Origin: Tepidisphaera sp.
GTDB taxonomy: Bacteria > Planctomycetota > Phycisphaerae > Phycisphaerales > UBA1924
Direction: 5' to 3'
NCBI GenBank assembly: GCA_050916045.1
Contig: CP051526.1
Span: forward strand, 288,001-352,000
Length of the DNA: 64,000 nt
The notes beneath the pieces were generated by a model. That model had not been told where the DNA came from. It ran no database searches and was given only the letters and a program-made list of their open reading frames with translations. Positions 37,627-47,005 of this stretch are shown one piece after another. Both the position numbers and the translations under genes were made by a program. Position 1 is the stretch's first letter. Each line of letters opens with the position of its first letter.

Positions 37627-39420
37627 ATGACCGACCCGACTCCCGCGCCGGCCAATCCTCCCCGCCGCGGCATTCTCGACTTCATCGAACGCGTGGGCAA
37701 TGCGCTCCCCGAACCGGCTTTGCTCTTTGCGATCCTGGCGGGGATCGTGATCGCGGTTTCGGCGATCGGGGCGTCGATGGGGTGGCAGGTGCAGCCCGTG
37801 CAGCCGCGGGTGGTGATGGTGGATGCGGTGAACGAAGCCGGGGAGACGGTGAAGGTGCCCAAGCGGGATGAGCGGGGGCAGCCGGAGGTGGAGCTTGTCA
37901 AGACGGGGGCGCCGATAGCGCCCAAGAGCCTGCTGACGAGCGAGGGGATCTATTGGATGTTGTCGTCGATGCTCCGGAACTTCACGGGGCTTCCGGCGCT
38001 GGGGCTGATCTTCGTGGCGATGCTGGGGATTGGGCTTGCGGAGAAGTTCGGGTTCTTCGGGGCGATGATGAGGTCGCTGGCGCTGGCGACGCCGAAGTGG
38101 CTTTTGACACCGACGATCGTGCTGCTGGGGGCGAACTCGTCGGTGGCGAGCGATGCGGGGTACATCATCCTGCCGCCGCTTGCCGCGGCGCTGTACATGA
38201 CGATGGGCCGTCCGCCGGTGGCGGGGCTTGCGGCGGCGTTCGCGGGCGTGGCGGGCGGGTTCGGAGCGGGGTTCTTCCCCAGTGGTGGTGACGGGGTGGT
38301 CGCGGGCTTCGCGCAGGATGCGGCCCGGGTGATCGATCCGTCGTACACGGTGGGGATTCTGCACAACCTGTACTTCAAAGCCGGGTCGGTGCTGGTGATC
38401 ACGCTCGCGGGATGGTGGGTGACGGACTGGATCGTGGAACCCCGGCTGAAGCGTGCGGGGATGACCGGGGCGCTGGAGGGGCCGACGGCTTCGGATCTGG
38501 CGCTCAAGCCTGAGGAGAAGCGGGCGCTGCGGGTGTCGCTCTTGGGGATGGCGGCGGTGCTTGCGATCTTCGCGGCGCTCATCTTCATCCCGGGGGCGCC
38601 GCTTCATGGCGTGGGCCAGCCGACGCTTCCGAACGGGAGCGTGCTCCTGAGCCATCCGATCACGATCAGCCCGGCGGACGCGGCGGTGACGGTGCCGGCG
38701 CACGATGTTCTGACGAAGGATCCGTTCCTGGTGACGGAATCGGCGGCGAAGAGCCGGCTTCTCGAGACGCCGGGGGACCGCTGGGCGCATGTGATCGTGC
38801 CGATCATCTTCCTGGCGTTCCTGATCCCGGGGCTGATCTACGGGAAGATCACGGGGACGCTGAAATCGCAGAAGGATGTGATCGAGGGGTTCTACCACGG
38901 GATCCGGAGCATCGTGCCGGTGCTTGCGATCGCGTTCTTCATGGGGCAGTTCGTGAACTACTTCGCGTACACGGGACTTGACCGGATGCTGGCGTACGCG
39001 GGCGGGTCGCTTCTGGTGACGGCGGACCTGCCGGTGCCGATGCTGATCGTGCTGTTTGTGGTGCTGGTGGTGCTGGGCGACTTTGCGATCTCGGGGATGC
39101 TGAGCAAGTTCGGGGTGCTGGCTCCGATCTTCATCCCGATGTTCATGATGGTGGGGAAGAGCCCGGAACTGACGACGGCGGCGTACCGGATCGGCGACTC
39201 GGTGGTGAACATCATCACGCCGCTGAACAGCTACCTGCTCATCATCCTGGTGGTGCTCCAGAAGTACAAGAAGGAAGCGGGGTTGGGGAGCCTGATCTCG
39301 CTGATGCTGCCGTACTCGATCGCGTTCGGCCTGGCGTGGACGGCGTTCCTGGTGGCGTGGTTCATGATCGGGATCGATCTGGGGCCGGATGCGCCGGTGA
39401 ACTACGTGCCGCCGTTCTAA
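37627..39420 (+). CDS. AbgT family transporter
   Basis: LDFIERVGNALPEP, SDAGYIILPPLAA, GR.P.AGLAAAFAGV.GGF, AAYRIGDS..NIITP and GSLISLMLPYS. Confidence 0.92.
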   Translation: MTDPTPAPANPPRRGILDFIERVGNALPEPALLFAILAGIVIAVSAIGASMGWQVQPVQPRVVMVDAVNEAGETVKVPKRDERGQPEVELVKTGAPIAPKSLLTSEGIYWMLSSMLRNFTGLPALGLIFVAMLGIGLAEKFGFFGAMMRSLALATPKWLLTPTIVLLGANSSVASDAGYIILPPLAAALYMTMGRPPVAGLAAAFAGVAGGFGAGFFPSGGDGVVAGFAQDAARVIDPSYTVGILHNLYFKAGSVLVITLAGWWVTDWIVEPRLKRAGMTGALEGPTASDLALKPEEKRALRVSLLGMAAVLAIFAALIFIPGAPLHGVGQPTLPNGSVLLSHPITISPADAAVTVPAHDVLTKDPFLVTESAAKSRLLETPGDRWAHVIVPIIFLAFLIPGLIYGKITGTLKSQKDVIEGFYHGIRSIVPVLAIAFFMGQFVNYFAYTGLDRMLAYAGGSLLVTADLPVPMLIVLFVVLVVLGDFAISGMLSKFGVLAPIFIPMFMMVGKSPELTTAAYRIGDSVVNIITPLNSYLLIILVVLQKYKKEAGLGSLISLMLPYSIAFGLAWTAFLVAWFMIGIDLGPDAPVNYVPPF

Positions 39421-40124
39421 GACCGCAGGGCGGCGACGGCTTGGGCGCGTGCTTCGCGCGGTTTGCCGAAGATCGCGGTCGCGGCGACGATGACGTCGAC
39501 GCCGGCGGCGCGGACGGAGGCGGCGTTGTCCGTCGTGACGCCGCCATCGATCTCGAGGCGCTGCGTGGGCTTCAGATGTTTCTTGATCGCGGCGGCTTTG
39601 GGGAGGACTTCGGGCATGAACTTCTGCCCGGAGAAGCCGGGGTTGACGGACATGATGAGGACGAGGTCGAACGCGTGGATGACGCGGAGGACCTGCTCGG
39701 GAGGGGTGTGGGGGTTGAGGCAGATGCCGGCGGTCATGCCCAGGGTGCGGCAGTGGTCGGCGAGCATGATGGCATCTTCGCCTTGAAGGCGCTCGATGTG
39801 GAAGGTGCAGTGGTTGGCGCCGGCTTTGGCGAAGGGCTCGATGAAGCGGGCGGGGTCCATGACCATGAGATGGACATCGAGGAACGCCTCGGGGAGGTGC
39901 TTCCTCAGCCCCTTGACCATGTCGGGCCCCATGGTGAGGTTGGGGGCGAAGTGGCCATCCATGACATCGATGTGAAGAAGATCCGCTCCGGCCCCTCCGC
40001 CCGCACTCGCGGACGGTGAAGCGAGCACATGGCCCGCATCGCTCGCCATGATGCCAAAGTCGGCGGAGAGGATGGAGGGGGCGATCAGGGGATGCGCTGG
40101 CGGGGTGGAGAAGAGGTGAGCCAT
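39417..40124 (-). CDS. rpe: ribulose-phosphate 3-epimerase
   Basis: IAPSILSADF, HIDVMDGHFAPNLTMG, DVHLM, MSVNPGFSGQKF and EIDGG. Confidence 0.95.
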   Translation of the reverse strand: MAHLFSTPPAHPLIAPSILSADFGIMASDAGHVLASPSASAGGGAGADLLHIDVMDGHFAPNLTMGPDMVKGLRKHLPEAFLDVHLMVMDPARFIEPFAKAGANHCTFHIERLQGEDAIMLADHCRTLGMTAGICLNPHTPPEQVLRVIHAFDLVLIMSVNPGFSGQKFMPEVLPKAAAIKKHLKPTQRLEIDGGVTTDNAASVRAAGVDVIVAATAIFGKPREARAQAVAALRS

Positions 40125-40172
40125 GCGCCGAGGGTACGCCGCGAGGGTGCGTGTCACGATCGTCCGCGCCGC

Positions 40173-40601
40173 TCAGGAGTCGCGGGGTGACGCATCGAAC
40201 GGGCTTGCGCCCAGGCACCGGACCCAGGGCTTGATGTGGTCGGCTCGGGATTGGGACAAGCCGCACTCGGCGCAGGTCACGGGGTCGTCGTGCGGGAAGG
40301 GGAGCGGGTGTTCGCAGCGCGGGCAGAGGCCGCCGGGGTGTGCTTTGCATCGAGCGGCAAGCCGGCGGGCTTGAACAAAGAGGAGGGACATCGCCGGGAG
40401 GAACGCGAAGATGAACATCAAGGTCCCGGACCAGTTCCGGATCGTCCCTGCAGTGCTGGTGGGTCCGCCGCCCCCGCCTCCAACCCTACCCCCGACCCAG
40501 ATTCCGTTCATCGCCAGGATGGTGAGCACGCCGGATGCCGCCAAAGGAACCCCGAGGAGGAGGGCAAGCCAGAGCAGGGTTCGACGGATGGTGGGGGGCA
40601 C
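40173..40601 (-). CDS. small membrane protein with C-terminal CxxC...CxxC zinc-ribbon-like motif
   Basis: Two TM segments followed by CPRC...CAECG; start (GTG) uncertain. Confidence 0.65.
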   Translation of the reverse strand: MPPTIRRTLLWLALLLGVPLAASGVLTILAMNGIWVGGRVGGGGGGPTSTAGTIRNWSGTLMFIFAFLPAMSLLFVQARRLAARCKAHPGGLCPRCEHPLPFPHDDPVTCAECGLSQSRADHIKPWVRCLGASPFDASPRDS

Positions 40602-40751
40602 CGGCGCACTGTACACGGAGGCGGCGAAGCGCGGCCGAACGCGTCCGGCGGGGTTCGATCCCGCGAACGAAACGCGGGCGCGGTGAGTGTTCACCGCGCC
40701 CACGCGAAAGGAACGTTTGCTTGAGATCTTGGCTTTGGGGGATGTGGGGGA

Positions 40752-41435
40752 CTATGCGGCGAGTTTCGCGCCGCTGAGGGAGGTGATCGTGAGGCCGCTG
40801 CCGCCGATGCCGAAGGTGATGGTGATGGGGACGCTGGGGGTGCCCGCGACCTGTCCGCGCTGGGCGGTCACCTGGTAGGTGACGCCCACCCCGGCCGCGC
40901 TGCTGGGGACGGAGGCATCGGTGAACTCGCGCTCACCGACGGCCCCGACGATGGCGAAGGTGGATTCGCCGGGGAGTTTGCGCCCGATGAAGTAGACGAC
41001 GCGGTCGGAGCCCGCGGGGTGCTGGGCTTTCCAGCTCAGGATGAGCTCACCGCTCCCGCCGAGGGCGACGCCGAAGTCGGTGGCCTGCCCGGGCGGGGGG
41101 ACGGGGCTGGGGTCGGCGGGGGGCGGGATCTGGGCGAGGACGTAGACGTTGGGGTCGTTCTTGCTTTCGGCGTAGTTCTTGATGGTTTTGATGAGGATCG
41201 CCCCGCGGTCGTGCATGTTGGCGACGCGGGTGTAGAAGAGCGAGGTTGAGGATTTGGAGACATCGCGAGCGGTCTCGGCGGCGTTGAAGGAAGCGCGGGC
41301 GGAGGTGACGAGCGCGGAAAGGGCGGTCAGATCCGCTGGCGCGACGCCTATTCCGGCGGCGTTGGCGACCCAGGCCGGGAGATGCTGCTCGTAGAACTCG
41401 ATCTTGCCGATGCGACTGGTGGGGACGACACCCAT
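40752..41435 (-). CDS. hypothetical protein: N-terminal helical bundle, Pro-rich linker and fibronectin type III-like C-terminal domain
   Basis: RBS AAGGAG before ATG 41435; IPPPADPSPVPPPG linker; LSW...Y...R...FTD...YQVTA.R FN3-like pattern; ends KLAA; no signal peptide. Confidence 0.8.
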   Translation of the reverse strand: MGVVPTSRIGKIEFYEQHLPAWVANAAGIGVAPADLTALSALVTSARASFNAAETARDVSKSSTSLFYTRVANMHDRGAILIKTIKNYAESKNDPNVYVLAQIPPPADPSPVPPPGQATDFGVALGGSGELILSWKAQHPAGSDRVVYFIGRKLPGESTFAIVGAVGEREFTDASVPSSAAGVGVTYQVTAQRGQVAGTPSVPITITFGIGGSGLTITSLSGAKLAA

Positions 41436-41503
41436 AAAGACTCCTTGGCCGACTGGCCGGTGAGAGGATGCGTGAGGCATCGGCCCCCATCCCCCCCGAG
41501 GCT

Positions 41504-41908
41504 TCAGTTTCGGGGGGTGGTCTTGAATCGGGCCTGCGTGGTGTCCGAGAACAATCGCTCGAAAGGAAGTTGCAACGACATTGCACGAAAGTGTGCAGGT
41601 GTATTTTGTTCTGGGAAGGGTGTATTTTGTTCTTGGAATGGTGTATTTTGTTCTGGGAATGGCGTATTTTGTTCTTGCAACAGCAGATTTTGTTCTTGTG
41701 CAAGCAGATTTTGCTCCATGAACAGCAGGTTCTGTCCTTGCGCAAGCAGGTTCTGGCCCTGCAACGGCGGGTTTTGTTCCTGCACAAGCAGATTCTGCTC
41801 CGTGACAAGCAGGTGCAGCCCTTGTGCAAGCAGGTTTTGTTCTTGCAACAGCAGGTTTTGGTCCCGTCTACCGGGATCGAGTTGCGGGGCGGGTGTCGGG
41901 CCGCGCAA
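41504..41908 (-). CDS. putative heptad-repeat (EQNLLxQ) ORF encoded by the 21-bp array
   Basis: Open frame through the array; many differences between units are synonymous in this frame; weak TTG start. Confidence 0.35.
   Translation of the reverse strand: MRGPTPAPQLDPGRRDQNLLLQEQNLLAQGLHLLVTEQNLLVQEQNPPLQGQNLLAQGQNLLFMEQNLLAQEQNLLLQEQNTPFPEQNTPFQEQNTPFPEQNTPAHFRAMSLQLPFERLFSDTTQARFKTTPRN
41598..41870. repeat. tandem array of 13 x 21-bp units, consensus approximately AGCAGRTTTTGTTCTTGCAAC
   Basis: Units start at 41598 and recur every 21 nt to 41850 with no indels. Confidence 0.95.
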
Positions 41909-41918
41909 AGCGGTGGGA

Positions 41919-42179
41919 TCAGCGGGTCGTGCGGGGCCCGGCGATCCGGCCGAACTCGCCGCCGCGCGTGGGATCGGGCAGCGGCCAGCGGCGGAGGGCC
42001 CAGGACCGGACCGCGAGGAGCAGGATGAGGCCCGCGCTGATGCTCGCGAAGATGTACTCGTTTGAGAAGAAGTCCCATCGCCCGACGATCAGGGCGAGAA
42101 GCGTCATGGTGAACCAGAAGAGCGCGAGAGAGGAAGCGCCCTTGGAGAACCACCGGAGGATGGTCGGGTTTGGCCGCAC
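41919..42179 (-). CDS. small hypothetical membrane protein (2 TM)
   Basis: Two hydrophobic segments in an 86-aa ORF. Confidence 0.55.
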   Translation of the reverse strand: MRPNPTILRWFSKGASSLALFWFTMTLLALIVGRWDFFSNEYIFASISAGLILLLAVRSWALRRWPLPDPTRGGEFGRIAGPRTTR

Positions 42180-42282
42180 GGATCAAGTGTATTCGGGGTG
42201 ACAAGCGGGCCCGAATGCCCGGGAGAAGCGGGGATTCATGCCGGACTGCTCTTGCGTCCGGAGGGGGAGGTACGATGCGGCT

Positions 42283-43755
42283 ATGGGTACCTCGAATCAA
42301 GCCGTCCCGTCCGTGGCCGACCTCCGTGCTCGCCTGGCGAAGGTGGGGCAGGAGCATCTTTTGGCGTTCCATGACACGCTCACGGCGGAGGAGCAGGTGC
42401 GGCTTCGGGGGCAGATCGCTTCGATCGACCTTGAGAGCGTGCCGTCGTGGGTGGCGGCGTATGTGAAGGGGAAGCCGGAGGGGGGAGTGGGGGCCGTGCC
42501 GGCGGATCCGGCGGCGATCAAGCCTGCCCCGTTCTATCCGTATGGAACGACGCCCGGGGCCGAGGCTTACCGGGCGGCGGGCGAGGCGATCATCCGGCGC
42601 GGGGAGGTGGGGGCGTTCGTGGTGGCGGGCGGGCAGGGGTCGCGGCTGGGGTTTGAGGGGCCCAAGGGGTGCTACCCGGCGACGGCGATCACGAAGAAGC
42701 CGCTCTTTCAGGTCTTTGCCGAGCAGATCCTCGCGGCGAACCGCAAGTACGGGGTCACGATCCCGTGGGCGATCATGACCAGCCCGCTCAACCACGAGGC
42801 GACGGTCGGGTTCTTCGAGCGGCACCGGTTCTTTGGCTTGGGCAAAGAGAACGTGCTGTTCCTGCAGCAGGGTGTGATGCCGAGCTTTGACATGGCGAGC
42901 GGGAAGATCCTGCTTGCGGGGCCGGGGGAGGTCGCGACGAATCCGGACGGGCACGGGGGCGCGGTGGCGGCGCTGCACAAGTCGGGGGCTTTGGCGGAGA
43001 TGACCAAGCGAGGGGTGAAGCACCTCTCCTATTTCCAGGTGGACAACCCGCACGTCAAGGTGATCGATCCGCTCTTCATCGGCCTGCACGCGACCGCGCC
43101 GGATTCTTCGGGGGAGATGTCGTCGAAGATGGTGCGGAAAGCGTCGTGGGATGAGAAGGTCGGCGTCTTCTGCGCGATCGACAAGAAGGATGGGCGCGGG
43201 TCCAGACTGGATGTGATCGAGTATTCCGACCTCCCCCCCGCGCTCGCGAAGGCGACCGGGCCGGTTGGGGAGCTGCTCATCAACGCGGGGTCGATCGCGA
43301 TCCACCTGATGAGCGTGGCGTTCCTCGAGCGGCTTGCCACGGATTCGAAGGTGTCGCTGCCGTTCCACCGGGCGGAGAAGAAGGTGCCGTACTTCGATGT
43401 GGCGACCGGGAAGGCCGTGTCGCCGGCGGCGAACAACGGGGTCAAGCTCGAGAAGTTCATCTTTGACGCTCTCGCGGTGGCGGAGCGGTCGATCGTGGTC
43501 GAGACCGACCGGGTGGAGGAGTTCGCCCCCATCAAGAACGCGACGGGGGCGGACAGCGCGGAGTCGAGCAAGGCGCTGCAGACGCAGCGGGCGGCGCGGT
43601 GGCTTGCGAAGTGCGGGACGAAGGTGCCGGTCAACGCCCAGGGGCTGCCGGACTGCGTGATCGAGCTTTCGCCGCTGACGGCGGTGTGCGAGGATGATGC
43701 GGCGTGCGTGCGGATGCCGGCGGTGATCGCGCCGGGGGAGAGCGTGGTGCTCTGA
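42283..43755 (+). CDS. UDPGP type 1 family nucleotidyltransferase (UDP-N-acetylglucosamine pyrophosphorylase-like)
   Basis: VAGGQGSRLG..GPKG, IMTS, PDGHGG, QVDNP, IEYSD, NAGSIAIH, KLEKFIFD and EEFAPIKNA. Confidence 0.92.
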   Translation: MGTSNQAVPSVADLRARLAKVGQEHLLAFHDTLTAEEQVRLRGQIASIDLESVPSWVAAYVKGKPEGGVGAVPADPAAIKPAPFYPYGTTPGAEAYRAAGEAIIRRGEVGAFVVAGGQGSRLGFEGPKGCYPATAITKKPLFQVFAEQILAANRKYGVTIPWAIMTSPLNHEATVGFFERHRFFGLGKENVLFLQQGVMPSFDMASGKILLAGPGEVATNPDGHGGAVAALHKSGALAEMTKRGVKHLSYFQVDNPHVKVIDPLFIGLHATAPDSSGEMSSKMVRKASWDEKVGVFCAIDKKDGRGSRLDVIEYSDLPPALAKATGPVGELLINAGSIAIHLMSVAFLERLATDSKVSLPFHRAEKKVPYFDVATGKAVSPAANNGVKLEKFIFDALAVAERSIVVETDRVEEFAPIKNATGADSAESSKALQTQRAARWLAKCGTKVPVNAQGLPDCVIELSPLTAVCEDDAACVRMPAVIAPGESVVL

Positions 43756-43803
43756 GCACCGCTCTCAAGAGCGGTGCCATCGGGGAGAGCGGGAGGGGGA
43801 TCG

Positions 43804-44604
43804 ATGCGGGTCTTGGCGTGGAACATCCTGCACGGCGGGGGAGCATCGCGGCTTCCGGAGATCGCGCTGGATGTGGTCGAAGCCAAGCCGGATGTGGTGG
43901 TGTTGAGCGAGTTTCGGCCGGGGCGGGGCGGGCAGCTTCGGGCGGTGCTTGCGGATCAGGGATTGGGCTATCAGGTGTGCTCGGGGACGGATCCGGGGCG
44001 GAACGCGATCCTGCTGGCGTCGCGGTGGCCGGTGGAGCCTCCGGCGGGAGCGTTCGGCGCGGAGATGACGGCGAGGCTGGGGGACAAGCTCAGGCCGAGG
44101 CTTGCGGCGGTGCGTGTGGAGCATCCGGCGGGGACGGTCGAGGTGCTCGGGGTGCACATCCCGGATGATTCCAACCCATCGGGGAAAGCGCACGTGTGGC
44201 AGGCGGTGCTGGACTATGCCAAGCCGCGGGCGGGGGGGCGGACGGTGATCGCGGGGGACACGAACTCGGGGCGGCACGGGACGGATGATCCATCGAGGCG
44301 GCTTGGGTGCGTGACGGCGCTGGGGAAGCTGGCGACGATGGGGTACGTGGATGCGTGGCGGGCGCGGAACCCCGAGAGTCGCGAGCGGACGTGGTCGGGG
44401 CCGGCGTGGCGGGTGGGGGCGGTGGGGGCGGTGGGGGGTGGCGTGTTCCTCGAGACGGCGCGGATCGACGGGATCTACGTGTCGGGGCCGCTCGCGGCGA
44501 GCGTGAGCGAGGCGGAGTTGAGGCACGCGCCGCGGCTTGGCGGGCACTCGGACCACTCGATGGTGCTGGTTGCGATGCGTCTTTCGTGTGGAAAACCCGC
44601 GTGA
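43804..44604 (+). CDS. endonuclease/exonuclease/phosphatase family protein
   Basis: LAWNI, PDVVVLSE, IAGDTN, DAWR, RIDGIY and SDH. Confidence 0.88.
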   Translation: MRVLAWNILHGGGASRLPEIALDVVEAKPDVVVLSEFRPGRGGQLRAVLADQGLGYQVCSGTDPGRNAILLASRWPVEPPAGAFGAEMTARLGDKLRPRLAAVRVEHPAGTVEVLGVHIPDDSNPSGKAHVWQAVLDYAKPRAGGRTVIAGDTNSGRHGTDDPSRRLGCVTALGKLATMGYVDAWRARNPESRERTWSGPAWRVGAVGAVGGGVFLETARIDGIYVSGPLAASVSEAELRHAPRLGGHSDHSMVLVAMRLSCGKPA

Positions 44605-44766
44605 AGGGCGGCGCTCCGCGCGGGAATATGCGAAAAATCGTGGAAAATGCGTTGTTTTTCGTGTTGTGCGCTTGCCAAACGCGGGTTTTCCCGGTGAAAT
44701 ACACGTGTGTGCGGGAACGGACCCCGCAACAAAGCACGGAAGCAAGTTCGATTGGAGAATTGACCC

Positions 44767-45177
44767 ATGGCCAAGAAAGCAACGAAAGCCGCCCCGAAAG
44801 CCAAGCCCGCCGCGAAAGCCGCCGCTCCCAAGGCTGTGAAGGCCCCGAAGATCGCCGCCGCCGGCAAGCTCCGCAAGAAGAGCGAGCTGTACACGATCCT
44901 CGCCGAGCACAACGGCATCAGCCGCAAGCAGGTCGCGGGTATCTTCGAGACCCTCTCCGCCGTGATGGCCGCCGACCTGGCCAAGCCCTCGGCCGACAAG
45001 CCCCGCGTCTTCGTCGTCCCCGGCCTCATGAAGGTTCAGTCCATCTACAAGGCCGCCACCAAGGCGACCGAGAAGGCCAACCCCTTCAAGCCCGGCGAAA
45101 TGATGACCGTCAAGGCCAAGCCCGCCAGCACGAAGATCCGCGTGCGCCCGCTCAAGGCCCTCAAGGCGATGGTCTGA
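44767..45177 (+). CDS. HU family DNA-binding protein with Lys/Ala/Pro-rich N-terminal tail
   Basis: KKSEL...LAE..GISRKQV, VPGLMK, NPF.PGE...KAKPAS.K.R.RPLKALK; RBS GGAG; strongly biased codons. Confidence 0.9.
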   Translation: MAKKATKAAPKAKPAAKAAAPKAVKAPKIAAAGKLRKKSELYTILAEHNGISRKQVAGIFETLSAVMAADLAKPSADKPRVFVVPGLMKVQSIYKAATKATEKANPFKPGEMMTVKAKPASTKIRVRPLKALKAMV

Positions 45178-45210
45178 GCGATGGTCTGAGTGATGGTCTG
45201 AGTTCAGACC
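45168..45210. repeat. 3 x 12-bp tandem duplication of the HU stop region (GATGGTCTGAGY) plus inverted TCAGACC
   Basis: GATGGTCTGAGC GATGGTCTGAGT GATGGTCTGAGT TCAGACC. Confidence 0.85.
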
Positions 45211-45231
45211 TCTCTCAACACTGACTGAAAC

Positions 45232-45269
45232 AAGCACCCCCGGGCGAACCTCGGGGGTGCTTCGTTTTT
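45232..45269 (+). terminator. intrinsic terminator of the HU gene
   Basis: AAGCACCCCCG...CGGGGGTGCTT stem followed by CGTTTTT. Confidence 0.8.
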
Positions 45270-45330
45270 AGGTGGTTTTGCACAGGGTTTCGGGGTTGCG
45301 GGATGCCGGCCGCGGGGTTTCGGCCGGGCT

Positions 45331-46890
45331 TCACTTCCGGCGGTTCATCCAGGTGTCGATCGCTTTGACGATTTCTTCCTGCATGTCGACGGCTTCGGCG
45401 CCGCGGTAGCCCTTGGCTTCGTTGTAGATGAGGCTGAACGCGACGCGCGAGGGCGTGGTGGCCGGTCCGGACTTGGGAGCCGGGGATTCAACGTAGCCGG
45501 TCAGGCTGAGCACGCCGTTGATGTGTCCGGTCTTGCATCGAACCTGGCCCTTGAGGCCGGCGCGGGCGAGGCGGCGCATGCGGGCGGAGGGGCTTTCGGG
45601 CGTGGCGAGGGAGGTGATGAACGCGGCGGAGATGGCGGGGTCGGACGCGACGACGTCGAGCCAGCGGGTGAGGGTCGCGGGGGCGACCTTGTTGTCGTCG
45701 GAGAGGCCCGAGCCGTCGGCGATGGTGGTGGAAGCGGCGAACTCGGGGCCGAGGCGCTGGGTGAGGTACATCCGGACGACCTCGGGGCCGTTGCGCCAGG
45801 AGCCGGGCTCGTTGGTGACCTTGTGGCCGACCATCTTGACGAGGCACTCGGCGTAGAGGTTCATGGAGTTGGTGTTGCAGCGGGCGAGCACGTCGGCGAT
45901 GGGGGTTTCGACGCTGACGAGGGTGCGGGCGCCGTCGAAGGACTCGGAAGTTTCGGCGAGGCGGACGGCTTGGATGCCGGGTTTACCCGGGGAACCGACC
46001 TTGATGCCGGCGCGGGCGAGTTCTTCGGCGAGGACCATCCCGAAGAACCTTGGGTTTTCGGTGAGGGGGAGCTCCATCGGTTCGACGAGGGGCTGGGAGA
46101 CTTCGCCGCGGACGCGGAAGCGGTAGGGCGTGCTCGCGGTCGGGCCCGGGCCGACGGGGGTCGTGACGCGTTCGGCGCGGACGGTGTTGGGCTCTTTGGG
46201 TCCGGCGGTGGTGGCGGTGGAATCGATCTCGACGAAGGAGGCGGGGGGTTCGATCTTGACGGACGCGGGCTGTCCGCGGGTCTTGCCGGGAGCGGGGAAG
46301 ATGGAGAGGAGGTTGGCGTGGAAGCAGAGGCCGGCGACCTCGGGGCAGTAGGCTTCGTCGAGGTGGCGGGTGGGCCAGCTGGGGTGGTAGACGACGCGGT
46401 CGAAGACTCGGTCGTCGACGATGATTTCGGAGATTTCGGTGACGCTGGTGCCCGAGCCGTTCTTGATCGCGGCGGCGATGGAGGCGAGGAGAGCCGGAAC
46501 GGTGAGCTTGGACTTGGAGCGGTCGAGAAGGACGGGGTCGGCGAAGGAGGGATCGCCGCCGCCCTTGACGATGAGCTTGTCGCCGAGGAGCTGGAACTCG
46601 GTCTTGAACTTGTAATCGGTGCCCAGAACCATGAGGGCGACGCCGGAGGTCAGCACCTTCTGGTTGGAAGCGGGGATCATGGGGCGGCTGGCGTTGAAGT
46701 TCGCCAGGACGGTGTCGGGGGCGTCACCTTCGCCCAGAGCGACGATGCTGATCCCCACGCGGTCGGATGAGAACTTGTTCTTGGCGAGGATACGTTCGAT
46801 GTCGTCGTTGAGGGGCTGGGCGCAGGCCGAGCCGGCGGCCAACGCCAGAGTGATACCCGCAGACAACCATCGCGTCAGGCCAACCCTCAT
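45331..46890 (-). CDS. dacB: D-alanyl-D-alanine carboxypeptidase/endopeptidase (PBP4, peptidase S13)
   Basis: SxxK in PASNQK, GGGDP, SxN in NSMNLYAE, DGSGLS and KTG. Confidence 0.92.
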   Translation of the reverse strand: MRVGLTRWLSAGITLALAAGSACAQPLNDDIERILAKNKFSSDRVGISIVALGEGDAPDTVLANFNASRPMIPASNQKVLTSGVALMVLGTDYKFKTEFQLLGDKLIVKGGGDPSFADPVLLDRSKSKLTVPALLASIAAAIKNGSGTSVTEISEIIVDDRVFDRVVYHPSWPTRHLDEAYCPEVAGLCFHANLLSIFPAPGKTRGQPASVKIEPPASFVEIDSTATTAGPKEPNTVRAERVTTPVGPGPTASTPYRFRVRGEVSQPLVEPMELPLTENPRFFGMVLAEELARAGIKVGSPGKPGIQAVRLAETSESFDGARTLVSVETPIADVLARCNTNSMNLYAECLVKMVGHKVTNEPGSWRNGPEVVRMYLTQRLGPEFAASTTIADGSGLSDDNKVAPATLTRWLDVVASDPAISAAFITSLATPESPSARMRRLARAGLKGQVRCKTGHINGVLSLTGYVESPAPKSGPATTPSRVAFSLIYNEAKGYRGAEAVDMQEEIVKAIDTWMNRRK

Positions 46891-47005
46891 GCTCAACCCT
46901 CCAGGTCCGCGCGGAAGAAGGCGCGGCGCGAGGATCATAGATCGACCGGCGAGAGGGTCTGGCTCGAATCAGTGTGGATGAAAGAGCGAAGTGAAGGCCA
47001 CGGCA

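Noticed and set aside
41598..41870. CRISPR array
   Set aside because: The units are contiguous 21-mers with no unique spacers, and no cas genes are present.
44580..45290. oriC around the HU gene (DnaA-box-like TGTGGAAAA at 44587 and TTTTGCACA at 45276, AT-rich tract)
   Set aside because: Only isolated matches and no skew change here; better explained as a strong promoter region.
45331..46890. peptidoglycan enzyme in a planctomycete as a novelty
   Set aside because: Peptidoglycan and its enzymes are already established in Planctomycetota.
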